NCBI GenBank assembly: GCA_002070205.1
Contig: MWCU01000054.1
Location: forward strand, 11,968-75,967
Direction: 5' to 3'
Source: Firmicutes bacterium ADurb.Bin182
Lineage (GTDB): Bacteria > Bacillota > Clostridia > Christensenellales > CAG-138
Length of the DNA: 64,000 nucleotides
Of this stretch, positions 1 to 8,350 are shown one piece after another (the first letter of the stretch is position 1; each line of letters opens with the position of its first letter). The notes under the pieces were generated by a model, which saw only the letters and a list, made by a program, of their open reading frames with translations, had not been told where the DNA came from and ran no database searches. Made by a program: the position numbers and the translations under genes.

Positions 1-33
1 CGCTCTGACACAGGTCAAGGGAGGTGCTGAAGC

Positions 34-1395
34 ATGAACGGCAGCAGGAACGGAAATTTTAACCTGAAAAACAAAATCATCGAAAACATGGTTCCCATAA
101 TATTCGTCGCGTTTACGCTTCTCGGTTTCGCGGTTTCAAGCGGTGTACCGCTGAGCTATTTCCTTTCGGAACTGTCCTCAAGGTTTTTCCGCAATGCGTT
201 TTTGGTGCTGTCCCTCGTCATTCCGGTCATTGCGGGTTTGGGGCTGAACTTCGGCATAGTGGTCGGAGCGATCAGCGGACAGATAGCGATAGCCATCGTC
301 CGGTATTTCTACCTCGAGGGTTTGACCGGCCTTCTGCTGTGCTTCGCGATCGCCGCGCCCATAGCCGCGTTCTTCGGATGGCTGACGGGCAAGCTGTATA
401 ACAAAACAAGGGGGCAGGAGATGATCGCAAGCCTGATAGTCAGCTTCTTTGCGAACGGCATCTATCAGTTCCTGTTCCTGTTTGTCGTCGGCGTCATAAT
501 TTTGGTTCCGGCTACGCACCCCATGATCAAACCCGACGGCGTGGGGATCCGCATGTCGGTGGATATGGGCAAGCTCAAATACGCCCTTGAATCGATACTG
601 GAAGTGCCCTTTATGTGGGCGGTCCTTGTCGTTTGCGTTGCGGCGCTTGTCTTTATGCTGCTCAGGCATTTCAAGAAAAAGCAGGAGCTTACGAAGAATA
701 AAAAGATCAATTTCTATATCCGGATAGGTGTGTTCTCTGTGCTGGCTGTGATTTCGATCATATCGATCATTACGGGAAACAGCCTGATGTCGGTAAGGGA
801 CGTGCCTGCTGCTACGGCGGTATTGATAGCTCTTCTCTGCCTTTTCACATCATGGATAATGAAGACAAAGCTCGGCCAGGATTTCAGGAGCGTCGGTCAA
901 AACCAGTATATTGCTGGCACTAACGGCATCGATGTTGATAAGACCAGAATAATCGCGGTCATCATGTCCACGGTCTTCGCTTCCTGGGGACAGATAATTT
1001 ATCTGCAGAACATGGGAACTCTCAATACATACGGAGCTCACAACCAGATAGGAATGTTCTCGGTCGCGGCGATACTGGTTGGCGGGGCATCAGTATCAAA
1101 AGCCACCGTCGGCCAGGCGCTTCTTGGAACGATTCTGTTCAACTCGATGTTCATAATGTCTCCCGAAATAGGCAAAGCGCTGTTCGGGCAGGCGATACTC
1201 GGAGAGTACTTCAGAACATTCATGGTTTACGGCATCATCGGCATGGCGCTCGGGCTGTATGTCTGGAAAGCCAACAGGGCTTCCAAACTGACTATCGATC
1301 CCGACGCGCTGTCTGAGAGCACCGGACGGTCGGCCTGGATAACCATCCCCACGCCGCCGGACTCTTCATCGTCAAGCGGCACCCGTACGAATTGA
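34..1395 (+). CDS. ABC-type transporter permease (multi-pass membrane protein)
   Basis: 453-aa ORF. AAGGGAGG RBS lies just upstream of ATG 34. About ten hydrophobic helices and a Gly-rich loop GLGLNFGIVVGAISGQ resemble sugar/nucleoside ABC permeases. Family assigned by recall only. Confidence 0.6.
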   Translation: MNGSRNGNFNLKNKIIENMVPIIFVAFTLLGFAVSSGVPLSYFLSELSSRFFRNAFLVLSLVIPVIAGLGLNFGIVVGAISGQIAIAIVRYFYLEGLTGLLLCFAIAAPIAAFFGWLTGKLYNKTRGQEMIASLIVSFFANGIYQFLFLFVVGVIILVPATHPMIKPDGVGIRMSVDMGKLKYALESILEVPFMWAVLVVCVAALVFMLLRHFKKKQELTKNKKINFYIRIGVFSVLAVISIISIITGNSLMSVRDVPAATAVLIALLCLFTSWIMKTKLGQDFRSVGQNQYIAGTNGIDVDKTRIIAVIMSTVFASWGQIIYLQNMGTLNTYGAHNQIGMFSVAAILVGGASVSKATVGQALLGTILFNSMFIMSPEIGKALFGQAILGEYFRTFMVYGIIGMALGLYVWKANRASKLTIDPDALSESTGRSAWITIPTPPDSSSSSGTRTN

Positions 1396-1406
1396 GGGCA
1401 GAAATT

Positions 1407-2474
1407 ATGAAACAAGCTCGATTGAAAAACGTGATTGCCAATATGGAAAAGGCGGGGCTGAATCAGATAATCGTCAGCGATCCGTTATCCATATACTATC
1501 TGACGGGCATAAGCATCAGCCCGGGCGAGCGTCTGTTCGCTCTGCTTGTAAAAAACGACGGCAGCGCTAAGCTGTTCAATAACTATCTGTTTCCTTTGGA
1601 GGAGCAGGAGGGTCTCTCCATCGTTTATCACAGCGACGGGGAGGACGCGGTAGGCATGTTGGCTCAGGCGGTTTCGGGCGGACTTATCGGCATCGATAAG
1701 TTCTGGCCGTCAAAATTCCTTCTGCAGCTGATGGAAAAGCGAAGCGGGATAAAGCCGGTACTCGGCTCCGCTCCGGTTGATAACGCCCGCATGTACAAGG
1801 ACGCCGAGGAAATCGAATTGATGCGCGCGGCGTCGCGCATGAACGACGCGGTTATTGATGAAGCGCTGAAAAATGTCAATACGTATACGACAGAAAAGCA
1901 AATGTCGGGAGTGATTGCTGATCTGTTTATGAAACACGGCGCGGACAACGCGGCGTCTCAGCTCGTATGCTACGGCGCGAGTTGCAGCGAGCCTCATCAT
2001 GAGTCGAGCGGTGTAAAGCTTCAAAAAGGCGACAGCATCATATTCGACATTTTCGCAACCAAACAGCATTACTGGTGCGATATGACGCGGACAGTATTTT
2101 TCGGCTCGGTTTCCGATGAACAAAGGAAGGTTTACGAAATCGTGAAGGCGGCGAACCTTGCGGGTATCGCGGCCGTCCGGCCGGGCGTTCCTTTAAAGGA
2201 CATAGACAGGGCTGCCCGCAAAGTAATCGAGGATGCGGGTTACGGAAAGTTCTTTACTCACAGGCTCGGACACGGAATAGGTCTTGACGTTCATGAGCCG
2301 CCAGATTGCAGCGGCGTCAGTGAAGCCGTCGCCAAGCCCGGCATGTGCTTCTCGATCGAGCCGGGCGTATACATCCCCGGCAAGTTCGGGGTGCGCACGG
2401 AGGACCTTGTCGCGGTAACGGAGGACGGAGTTCTGGTGCTCAACTCGTATTCAAAGGAACTGAGGGTAATATAA
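1407..2474 (+). CDS. M24-family Xaa-Pro aminopeptidase/dipeptidase
   Basis: ORF 1392-2474, with ATG 1407 behind a GAGGG RBS. Pita-bread metal-ligand motifs are present: FDIFATKQHYWCDMTR, HRLGHGIGLDVHEPP, SIEPGVY, RTED. Confidence 0.85.
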   Translation: MKQARLKNVIANMEKAGLNQIIVSDPLSIYYLTGISISPGERLFALLVKNDGSAKLFNNYLFPLEEQEGLSIVYHSDGEDAVGMLAQAVSGGLIGIDKFWPSKFLLQLMEKRSGIKPVLGSAPVDNARMYKDAEEIELMRAASRMNDAVIDEALKNVNTYTTEKQMSGVIADLFMKHGADNAASQLVCYGASCSEPHHESSGVKLQKGDSIIFDIFATKQHYWCDMTRTVFFGSVSDEQRKVYEIVKAANLAGIAAVRPGVPLKDIDRAARKVIEDAGYGKFFTHRLGHGIGLDVHEPPDCSGVSEAVAKPGMCFSIEPGVYIPGKFGVRTEDLVAVTEDGVLVLNSYSKELRVI

Positions 2475-2486
2475 GAATTAATAGAT

Positions 2487-2524
2487 ATCGCTCACACGGC
2501 TTAAGCTGTGTGAGCGATTTTTTC
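2487..2524 (+). terminator. Rho-independent terminator after the peptidase gene
   Basis: TCGCTCACAC / GTGTGAGCGA stem around a GCTTAAGC loop, followed by a T-run. Confidence 0.8.
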
Positions 2525-2536
2525 GGAGAGAACCCT

Positions 2537-2983
2537 ATGCCTGCGAGAATAAAATTTCTTCGCAATCTTAAAAAACCGCGGGTTTTGATTATTTCCTTGC
2601 TCGTTACTGCAGGCGCTGCGGTCGGCATGATTTGGTTTTGGAGTCTTAAAACCGTTAAAATGCCGCTTGACGGGTTGCATATTACGTCCGCCCGCATATG
2701 GTCGAATATTCTGCCGGAGCGCGAGCTTCATTCGGCTGAGATCAACGATTTGATGATTGCCTTAAAATCGGCAAAAAATGTCGTTCTTAACGATTTTGAA
2801 GGCATCACGCCGGGATACGGAATTTACGCCGAATGCGAAAACGGCGGGACGATGCTTATCAATGAAGCGCGCTGCGCGTACGGCGATATCGAAGTGCAGT
2901 ACAAGGGCCGCGCGTATTGGGTGGACGATGTCGAACTGGCGGCGCTTGTTCGCCGGTATTGCGGATTGGACGAGGAATTTTAG
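2537..2983 (+). CDS. hypothetical N-terminally membrane-anchored protein
   Basis: ATG 2537 follows GGAGAG. One N-terminal TM segment (VLIISLLVTAGAAVGMIWFW). The upstream part of ORF 2345-2983 overlaps the peptidase gene and the terminator, so it is not coding. Confidence 0.5.
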   Translation: MPARIKFLRNLKKPRVLIISLLVTAGAAVGMIWFWSLKTVKMPLDGLHITSARIWSNILPERELHSAEINDLMIALKSAKNVVLNDFEGITPGYGIYAECENGGTMLINEARCAYGDIEVQYKGRAYWVDDVELAALVRRYCGLDEEF

Positions 2984-3131
2984 GTGGGGGCAAGTCTGTG
3001 GTTTGCCCGTTCTATGAATTTCGCAGGTGATTACCGTAAGCGTTTTTAATCGTCCCATGTGCCGGATCGATCGCTCCCGTTCAAACACAAGGGGGCGGTT
3101 TATTAACAGCACGCCGCTGACGCACATAAAT

Positions 3132-3169
3132 GTTGATGACGTTCACCGAATCATGTATAATAGGCGAGC
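3132..3169 (+). promoter_or_regulatory. sigma70-like promoter for PNPOx copy 1
   Basis: TTGATG, 17-nt spacer, TATAAT. A diverged equivalent sits upstream of copy 2. Confidence 0.4.
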
Positions 3170-3234
3170 AACTTATTCCAATCAAACGCAAAGGAAACTT
3201 TTATAACCGCATATGCGGTGAAAGCGGGTATACG

Positions 3235-3717
3235 ATGTTCAGTGAAATGAGAAGGTCAAAGCAATTAATGTCAAATGGTGACGCGGAGGCCGTAATGGCA
3301 AGATGCACGAATGGAGTCCTTGCCTGCGCGGGCGACGACGGTTATCCGTATGCGGTTCCGTTGAGCTATGTATATCATAAAAATAAAATCTATTTTCATT
3401 CCGCAAAGGCAGGCCATAAAATCGATTCTATAAAAAGGGATCCCAAGGTTTCATTCGCGGTCGTCGACGAAGATACGATAGTCAGTGAGGAATACACGAC
3501 TTATTATCGCAGCGTCATCGCTTTCGGCAAAGCAAGGATAGCCGAAGGAGCCGAAAGGCTCGAAGCTTTTCGGGCTTTAGTCGAAAAATATTCGGGCGAC
3601 CAGCCCGAAGAATCCAAGCGTGAGAAAACGGAAGGGTGTTCGCAATCAGATATCGTCGCAATCGATATCGAGCACATGACCGGCAAGCAAGCTATCGAAT
3701 ACGCCGCGAAAAAATAA
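3235..3717 (+). CDS. pyridoxamine 5'-phosphate oxidase family (Nim/PNPOx-like FMN-binding) protein, copy 1
   Basis: 160 aa, the same length as copy 2. NGVLACAGDDGYPYAVPLSYVY...IYFHSAKAGHK is typical of the split-barrel PNPOx/Nim family. Confidence 0.8.
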   Translation: MFSEMRRSKQLMSNGDAEAVMARCTNGVLACAGDDGYPYAVPLSYVYHKNKIYFHSAKAGHKIDSIKRDPKVSFAVVDEDTIVSEEYTTYYRSVIAFGKARIAEGAERLEAFRALVEKYSGDQPEESKREKTEGCSQSDIVAIDIEHMTGKQAIEYAAKK

Positions 3718-3767
3718 ACGCAACCGGTCTATCGCCGGCTGCTGCGCAAATAAAGGGGAGTTAAAAA

Positions 3768-4427
3768 ATGAAAGAAATAGAATCGAACAAGCACTCATGG
3801 AGCCAAATTTCCGAGGATCATTATTACGCATTCAAAGCGCGATTCAAAGAAGGAACTCAATTTTTCAATTATTACATAAAACGGGAGCTCGGGGACATCA
3901 CGGGCAAGGATATCATCCACCTTCAATGCAACACGGGCGCGGATACGATACTTTTAGCGCAGATGGGAGCTGAGCACGTAACGGGAGTGGACTTGGTTCC
4001 CGAGAATATTTATTACGCAAAAAAGCTTGCTTCCGATCTAAATGTGACAAACGTTGATTTTTTTGAATCCGATATCATGACTTTATCGCAAAAATACAAT
4101 AAAAAGCACGATATGGTATTCACTTCGGAAGGTGCGCTCGTGTGGCTTCCGGACATGGAAGTCTGGGCGAAAACTGTACGCTCCCTTTTAAACGATACCG
4201 GATATCTTTATGTTTTCGATTCTCATCCGTTTTTCTTAATGCTGGACGAAGAAAAACTCGATAAGCAGATTTACGATATAAAGTATCCCTACTTTAAAAA
4301 AACGCCCGACTTCGATACGACTATAGGCGGCTACGCTTCGGAGCGCAAGGGTTTAAACACACGGTTGTTTAATGTGGTAGACTGTTATAACCATGTAATA
4401 AGCTATTATAACGAACCGTTCAATTAG
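3768..4427 (+). CDS. class I SAM-dependent methyltransferase, 3'-truncated chimeric copy
   Basis: GGGGAG RBS. Identical to 8995-9795 through ...GGYASERKG. It then reads 23 unrelated residues where the duplication ends at 4351. The SAM-binding region IIHLQCNTGADT is retained. Confidence 0.6.
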   Translation: MKEIESNKHSWSQISEDHYYAFKARFKEGTQFFNYYIKRELGDITGKDIIHLQCNTGADTILLAQMGAEHVTGVDLVPENIYYAKKLASDLNVTNVDFFESDIMTLSQKYNKKHDMVFTSEGALVWLPDMEVWAKTVRSLLNDTGYLYVFDSHPFFLMLDEEKLDKQIYDIKYPYFKKTPDFDTTIGGYASERKGLNTRLFNVVDCYNHVISYYNEPFN

Positions 4428-4478
4428 TTTCCGGTTTTACTAAGACATATCATTCAAATAGCGGCGAGGTTGAAAACG

Positions 4479-5228
4479 ATGAAAAAGCGAAAGCGGATAT
4501 ATATATTCTCAGTTGTTTTAATTGAATCCATAGTTATCGTGATTTCTTTGTTTTATGCATCGAGAGCAAGAAACTTTCAATTTTTCGGCAGCATTTATTC
4601 ATCGATACCCAATGACGATAAGAAGATCGCTTTGACATTTGATGACGGTCCAACAAAAAACACCGGATCGATTATTGAAAAGCTGCAAGAATTCGATATT
4701 ACGGCTACTTTCTTTGTCTGCGGAGCCGAAATCGCGGAAAGGCCTGAAGACGCAAGAGCTATTGTAAATGCAGGATATGCCCTCGGGAATCATTCTTATT
4801 CGCATAAGAGAATGGTTTTTAAATCCTACTCCTTTTGCAAAGACGAGGTCGATAAGACAAACGAGCTCATAAGAGAGAGCGGATACGACGGCGAGATTTT
4901 TTTCAGACCTCCTTATTGCAAGAAGCTGTTTGCTTTGCCGTATTATTTGAACAAAATCGATATGCCTTCGATCACATGGGATAATGAGCCGGAATCGGTT
5001 TTGAGGTTTGACGCTTCGCCGAAGGAAACCGCCCAATACATAATGGATAATGTGCAAAGCGGCTCGATAATACTGCTTCACCCGATGTACGAACCAAAAA
5101 ACACACTTCTTGCCTTGGATATGATCGTACCGGAACTTCACAGGCAGGGATATATTTTTTGTACCGTGGCAGAGTTGTATAATGAATATGAGAGAAACGC
5201 GGGGACGGTTGTGAATCAGACAAATTGA
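4479..5228 (+). CDS. polysaccharide deacetylase (NodB homology domain) with N-terminal TM anchor
   Basis: Motifs LTFDDGP and HSYSH, plus an N-terminal hydrophobic helix. ATG 4479 is preferred over TTG 4470. Confidence 0.85.
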   Translation: MKKRKRIYIFSVVLIESIVIVISLFYASRARNFQFFGSIYSSIPNDDKKIALTFDDGPTKNTGSIIEKLQEFDITATFFVCGAEIAERPEDARAIVNAGYALGNHSYSHKRMVFKSYSFCKDEVDKTNELIRESGYDGEIFFRPPYCKKLFALPYYLNKIDMPSITWDNEPESVLRFDASPKETAQYIMDNVQSGSIILLHPMYEPKNTLLALDMIVPELHRQGYIFCTVAELYNEYERNAGTVVNQTN

Positions 5229-5340
5229 GCGATTGACAGGTACATAACCGCAAGAATCGACCCTGCGATTTTACTGTGACTCCATATGCGTGCGCATATG
5301 CGACGCGCGGCGAAAACGTACAGAAACAGGAGGAATGGAC

Positions 5341-7416
5341 ATGAGCGCGAAAAAACTTTTTACGGCGCTGCTGTGCGCAGCGCTGGTTTTGGCACTGCTG
5401 CCCGCTGCTGCGCAGGCGGAAAGCTATCCGGACAACTTAGAGTTTGACGTTTCGGAGGGAGACCTCACGATCAGCAATGCGGGAGATGGCAATCTGATTG
5501 TCACGTACGGCACGCCGGCGAATACAACTGCACCTTTTCCGAATACGCAGAACATTACGATCACCGGCACAACTGCCACCAACACGGTCACGGCGGAAAG
5601 CGGCGTTGTCGCTCATATTACGCTAAACGGCATGCGCATCTATGCTTCGAGCGGCGAGTGCGCGTTTGAACTTGAGGGGAATGCCTCAGTCAGCCTGACT
5701 CTTTCGGGGGCAAGCATCTTAAAGAGCGGCCTCGGCAAAGCCGGACTTCAGGTACCGGAAAACGCCGCGCTCACCATTAGCGGCGCAGGCGCGCTCACGG
5801 CCGCAAGCACCATCGACACCATCAATGGAACTGAGGGAGCGGGCATCGGCGGAGCGCATGGCGGCAAAAACGGAGCGATCACTATTTCCGGCGGCACGGT
5901 CACGGCCACAAGCATCAACGGCGCGGGAATCGGCGGCGGTCACTTAGGAGACGGCGGCAGTATTGAAATCAGCGGCGGCACGGTCATAACCTACAGCAAC
6001 TACGGCGCGGGTATCGGCGGTAGTGGTGGCACTGGTTACGGCGGCAGCGTCGTTATCAGCGGCGGCACGGTCATAACCAACAGCAACTACGGCGCAGGTA
6101 TCGGCGGTGGTGCCACCGGTTATGGCGGCAGCGTCGTTATCAGCGGCGGCACAGTCACGTCCGAGAGCATCAACGGCGCGGGCATTGGCAGCGGCTATTT
6201 AGGAGAAAGCGGCAGCGTCGTCATCAGCGGCGGTACAGTCACATCCGAAAGCAGCTATGGCGCGGGCATCGGCAGCGGCTTTCCCGCAATTGCGGTGACA
6301 ACGGTGATCACGGGCGGCTCAATAAAAGCGAACGGCGGTACCTTAGCCATTCAGGGCACACCGACAAACGGGGCGGATCACGACAATCAGTCGCTCAGCC
6401 TTGCAAAGATAACGATTCCGGGCATCACCGCAGCCACGCGCGTCACTGCGCTGACGATCCCTACTGCGTCTTACTATGGAACTGACGATATATATACGGA
6501 CGATGACGGCAAGCTCTATCTCTGGCTGCCGAGCGGCGCTGTTGTTCAGCAGGCGCGTACGGCGGATACGGCTTACGACAACGTTTCCGATTCGCTCGTC
6601 GCCGATACGGCCAAACCTTCGGTCACGGGCATATCGCCCGCGGGTCCGGATGCGGCTCCCGGCGGCGATATTGTGATCACCTTCAACGAGGAAATGCGCT
6701 CTGAGGCGGGTTCGGTCTGCTTAAACGTGGACGCGCCGTTATCGGGCGGCAGCTGGAACGCGGGCAAGACCGTGTACACTGTTCCCTATTCCGGCCTTGC
6801 TTACGACACGGCATATACGGTCACAGTTTCCGGCTTTGCGGACTATTCGGGCAATGTCATGGATCCCGATTCAGACTATTCGTTCACTACTGTGAAGGCG
6901 CATCCGCCCGAACCGGATTATATTCCCCGCACGCTCATTGATCAAGCCACGGGAGTATCCGTATCCGGCAGCCTTATCCATAAGTACGCCGCGCTTTCGG
7001 CGGGGGATTTAGCGCTGCACTCATCGGGGAACTGCGCAGCCTCCGATGTGATCCGGCAGCGGATGGGGTATAACGATCACCTGTTCCTGCAGGGCAAGGA
7101 TATATCGCTTTCAAGGGGTTTCAAAGGCACGCTGACGATCACGATGCCGGTGGGCGCGAAGTACAACGGGCAGATCGTTACCATTCTCCATTGCGCGGGT
7201 GGCGCGCTTCACACGTATACCGCCACGGTAACGGACGGGAAAGCTGTGTTCAGCGTGACCGAGCTTTCTCCCTTCGCGGTGTTTGCAAGCTCGGCGGTCG
7301 ATATCCCCAAAACCGGTGACAGCGGCTCCACCTTGGGCCTGTGGCTGCTGTGCGCAGGAACAGTTACAATCATCGCTGAGCTCGCTGTAAACAGGAAAAG
7401 AAAAAAGACCGTTTAA
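5341..7416 (+). CDS. sortase-anchored surface protein with parallel beta-helix-type ISGGTVT/GAGIGG repeats and an SbsA-like Ig domain
   Basis: Signal peptide ...LLPAAAQA. At least 5 repeats of about 27-29 aa. The C-terminus has IPKTG, a hydrophobic helix and an RKRKK tail. ATG 5341 sits 7 nt after AGGAGG. Confidence 0.8.
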   Translation: MSAKKLFTALLCAALVLALLPAAAQAESYPDNLEFDVSEGDLTISNAGDGNLIVTYGTPANTTAPFPNTQNITITGTTATNTVTAESGVVAHITLNGMRIYASSGECAFELEGNASVSLTLSGASILKSGLGKAGLQVPENAALTISGAGALTAASTIDTINGTEGAGIGGAHGGKNGAITISGGTVTATSINGAGIGGGHLGDGGSIEISGGTVITYSNYGAGIGGSGGTGYGGSVVISGGTVITNSNYGAGIGGGATGYGGSVVISGGTVTSESINGAGIGSGYLGESGSVVISGGTVTSESSYGAGIGSGFPAIAVTTVITGGSIKANGGTLAIQGTPTNGADHDNQSLSLAKITIPGITAATRVTALTIPTASYYGTDDIYTDDDGKLYLWLPSGAVVQQARTADTAYDNVSDSLVADTAKPSVTGISPAGPDAAPGGDIVITFNEEMRSEAGSVCLNVDAPLSGGSWNAGKTVYTVPYSGLAYDTAYTVTVSGFADYSGNVMDPDSDYSFTTVKAHPPEPDYIPRTLIDQATGVSVSGSLIHKYAALSAGDLALHSSGNCAASDVIRQRMGYNDHLFLQGKDISLSRGFKGTLTITMPVGAKYNGQIVTILHCAGGALHTYTATVTDGKAVFSVTELSPFAVFASSAVDIPKTGDSGSTLGLWLLCAGTVTIIAELAVNRKRKKTV

Positions 7417-7439
7417 ACGGTAAAGGCAGTGTTTATAAA

Positions 7440-7474
7440 GGGGCAAGCGGGAACGACCCGCCTGCCCTCTTTTA
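7440..7474 (+). terminator. Rho-independent terminator after the surface protein gene
   Basis: GGGCAAGCGGG-AACGA-CCCGCCTGCCC (one mismatch), followed by TCTTTT. Confidence 0.65.
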
Positions 7475-7533
7475 AAGCTTTAGCGATATTAACCAACGGC
7501 TATGCCGGTGAGAATAAAGATCTTTAGATACAA

Positions 7534-7603
7534 GCAAAACCTCCTTTTGCTAAAATAAGTGCAGGTCTGCTAACCGCACAAAGGAAGCAAAAGGAGGTTT
7601 TGT
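7534..7603 (+). promoter_or_regulatory. stem-loop sequestering the tnpA ribosome-binding site
   Basis: GCAAAACCTCCTTTTGC (7534-7550) pairs with GCAAAAGGAGGTTTTG (7587-7602), which contains the AAGGAGG RBS. Confidence 0.7.
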
Positions 7604-7606
7604 CGA

Positions 7607-8077
7607 TTGAACGACATACAAAGCTTATCACATTCAAAATGGAGATGCCAATATCATATTGTGTTTGCACCAAAATATCGAAGGAAAGAGATCTATGGAA
7701 AAATCAAAGTGGATATAGGGAAGATATTGCGAAAACTGTGCGAGCAGAAAAATGTGGAGATTGTAGAAGCAAACGCGTGCCCTGACCATATCCACATGCT
7801 GGTATGTATACCGCCGAACTTAAGCGTAGCGCAGTTTATGGGATACCTAAAGGGAAAGAGCGCGCTTATGATATTCGACAGACATGCAAACCTGAAATAC
7901 AAGTACGGGAACAGACATTTCTGGTGCAGGGGGTATTATGTGGATACGGTAGGACGAAATAAAAAAGCGATAGAGGAGTATATAAAAAACCAATTACAGG
8001 AGGATATAGTAGCGGACCAAATATCGTTTAAAGAATACATCGACCCGTTTACGGGTAGCAAGAATTCCGAGGCGTAA
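7607..8077 (+). CDS. tnpA: IS200/IS605 family Y1 (HUH) transposase TnpA
   Basis: SHSKWRCQYHIVFAPKYRRKEIYG and PDHIHMLV (HUH) motifs, with the catalytic-Tyr region near YIKNQ. TTG start. Confidence 0.9.
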   Translation: MNDIQSLSHSKWRCQYHIVFAPKYRRKEIYGKIKVDIGKILRKLCEQKNVEIVEANACPDHIHMLVCIPPNLSVAQFMGYLKGKSALMIFDRHANLKYKYGNRHFWCRGYYVDTVGRNKKAIEEYIKNQLQEDIVADQISFKEYIDPFTGSKNSEA

Positions 8078-8350
8078 AAAAGGCCGCTTTAGCGGCGGCC
8101 TGTAGAAAAAATGCAGTTTGCAGATTATTCGATGCGTCTTGAGACGCAGCAAGCAGTATGCCCTTTTAGGGCTTGTGCATACCACGCGTTTAACGCGTGG
8201 TTTTGATTCAGGTGAAATAAAAAAACTCAAAATATTGCTCTTAGTCTGTTTTTCTGCTTGCAGCAACAACATTAAAGGAAGAGTCAATATCGGCATGAAC
8301 CACTAAGATGAACGGCTGATTCAATATTGGTAATTGCCGAAAGCCCGCAA

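Larger units (their letters stand above)
3126..4351 (+). repeat. segmental duplication, copy 1
   Basis: Matches 8351-9578 at an offset of 5227. The first ~165 bp are diverged. From 3292 to 4351 I saw no mismatch by eye. Confidence 0.9.
7500..8210 (+). mobile_element. IS200/IS605-family element, IS200-type (tnpA only); ends approximate
   Basis: Y1 transposase gene flanked by a 5' RBS-occluding hairpin and several 3' hairpins. No inverted terminal repeats, as expected for this family. Exact ends were not determinable. Confidence 0.7.

Noticed and set aside
178-1415. Several minus-strand ORFs (60-163 aa) inside the permease gene.
   Set aside because: They lie antisense within a well-supported membrane-protein gene. 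They have no RBS and an Arg/His-rich shadow composition typical of the reverse frame.
2345-2536. N-terminal extension of ORF 2345-2983.
   Set aside because: It overlaps the 3' end of the peptidase gene and runs through its terminator. A proper RBS and ATG occur at 2537.
3130-3234. N-terminal extension of the PNPOx ORF (195-aa version).
   Set aside because: It would start inside the promoter. The paralog at 8462 starts at the equivalent of ATG 3235 and gives the same 160-aa length.
7500-8210. Possibility that the Y1 transposase is the mobilising enzyme (RAYT) for the hairpin repeat families in this window.
   Set aside because: The protein and its RBS-occluding leader look like a standard IS200 copy. 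None of the repeat hairpins resembles the element's own terminal hairpins. There is no direct evidence either way, so this is left only as a thought.
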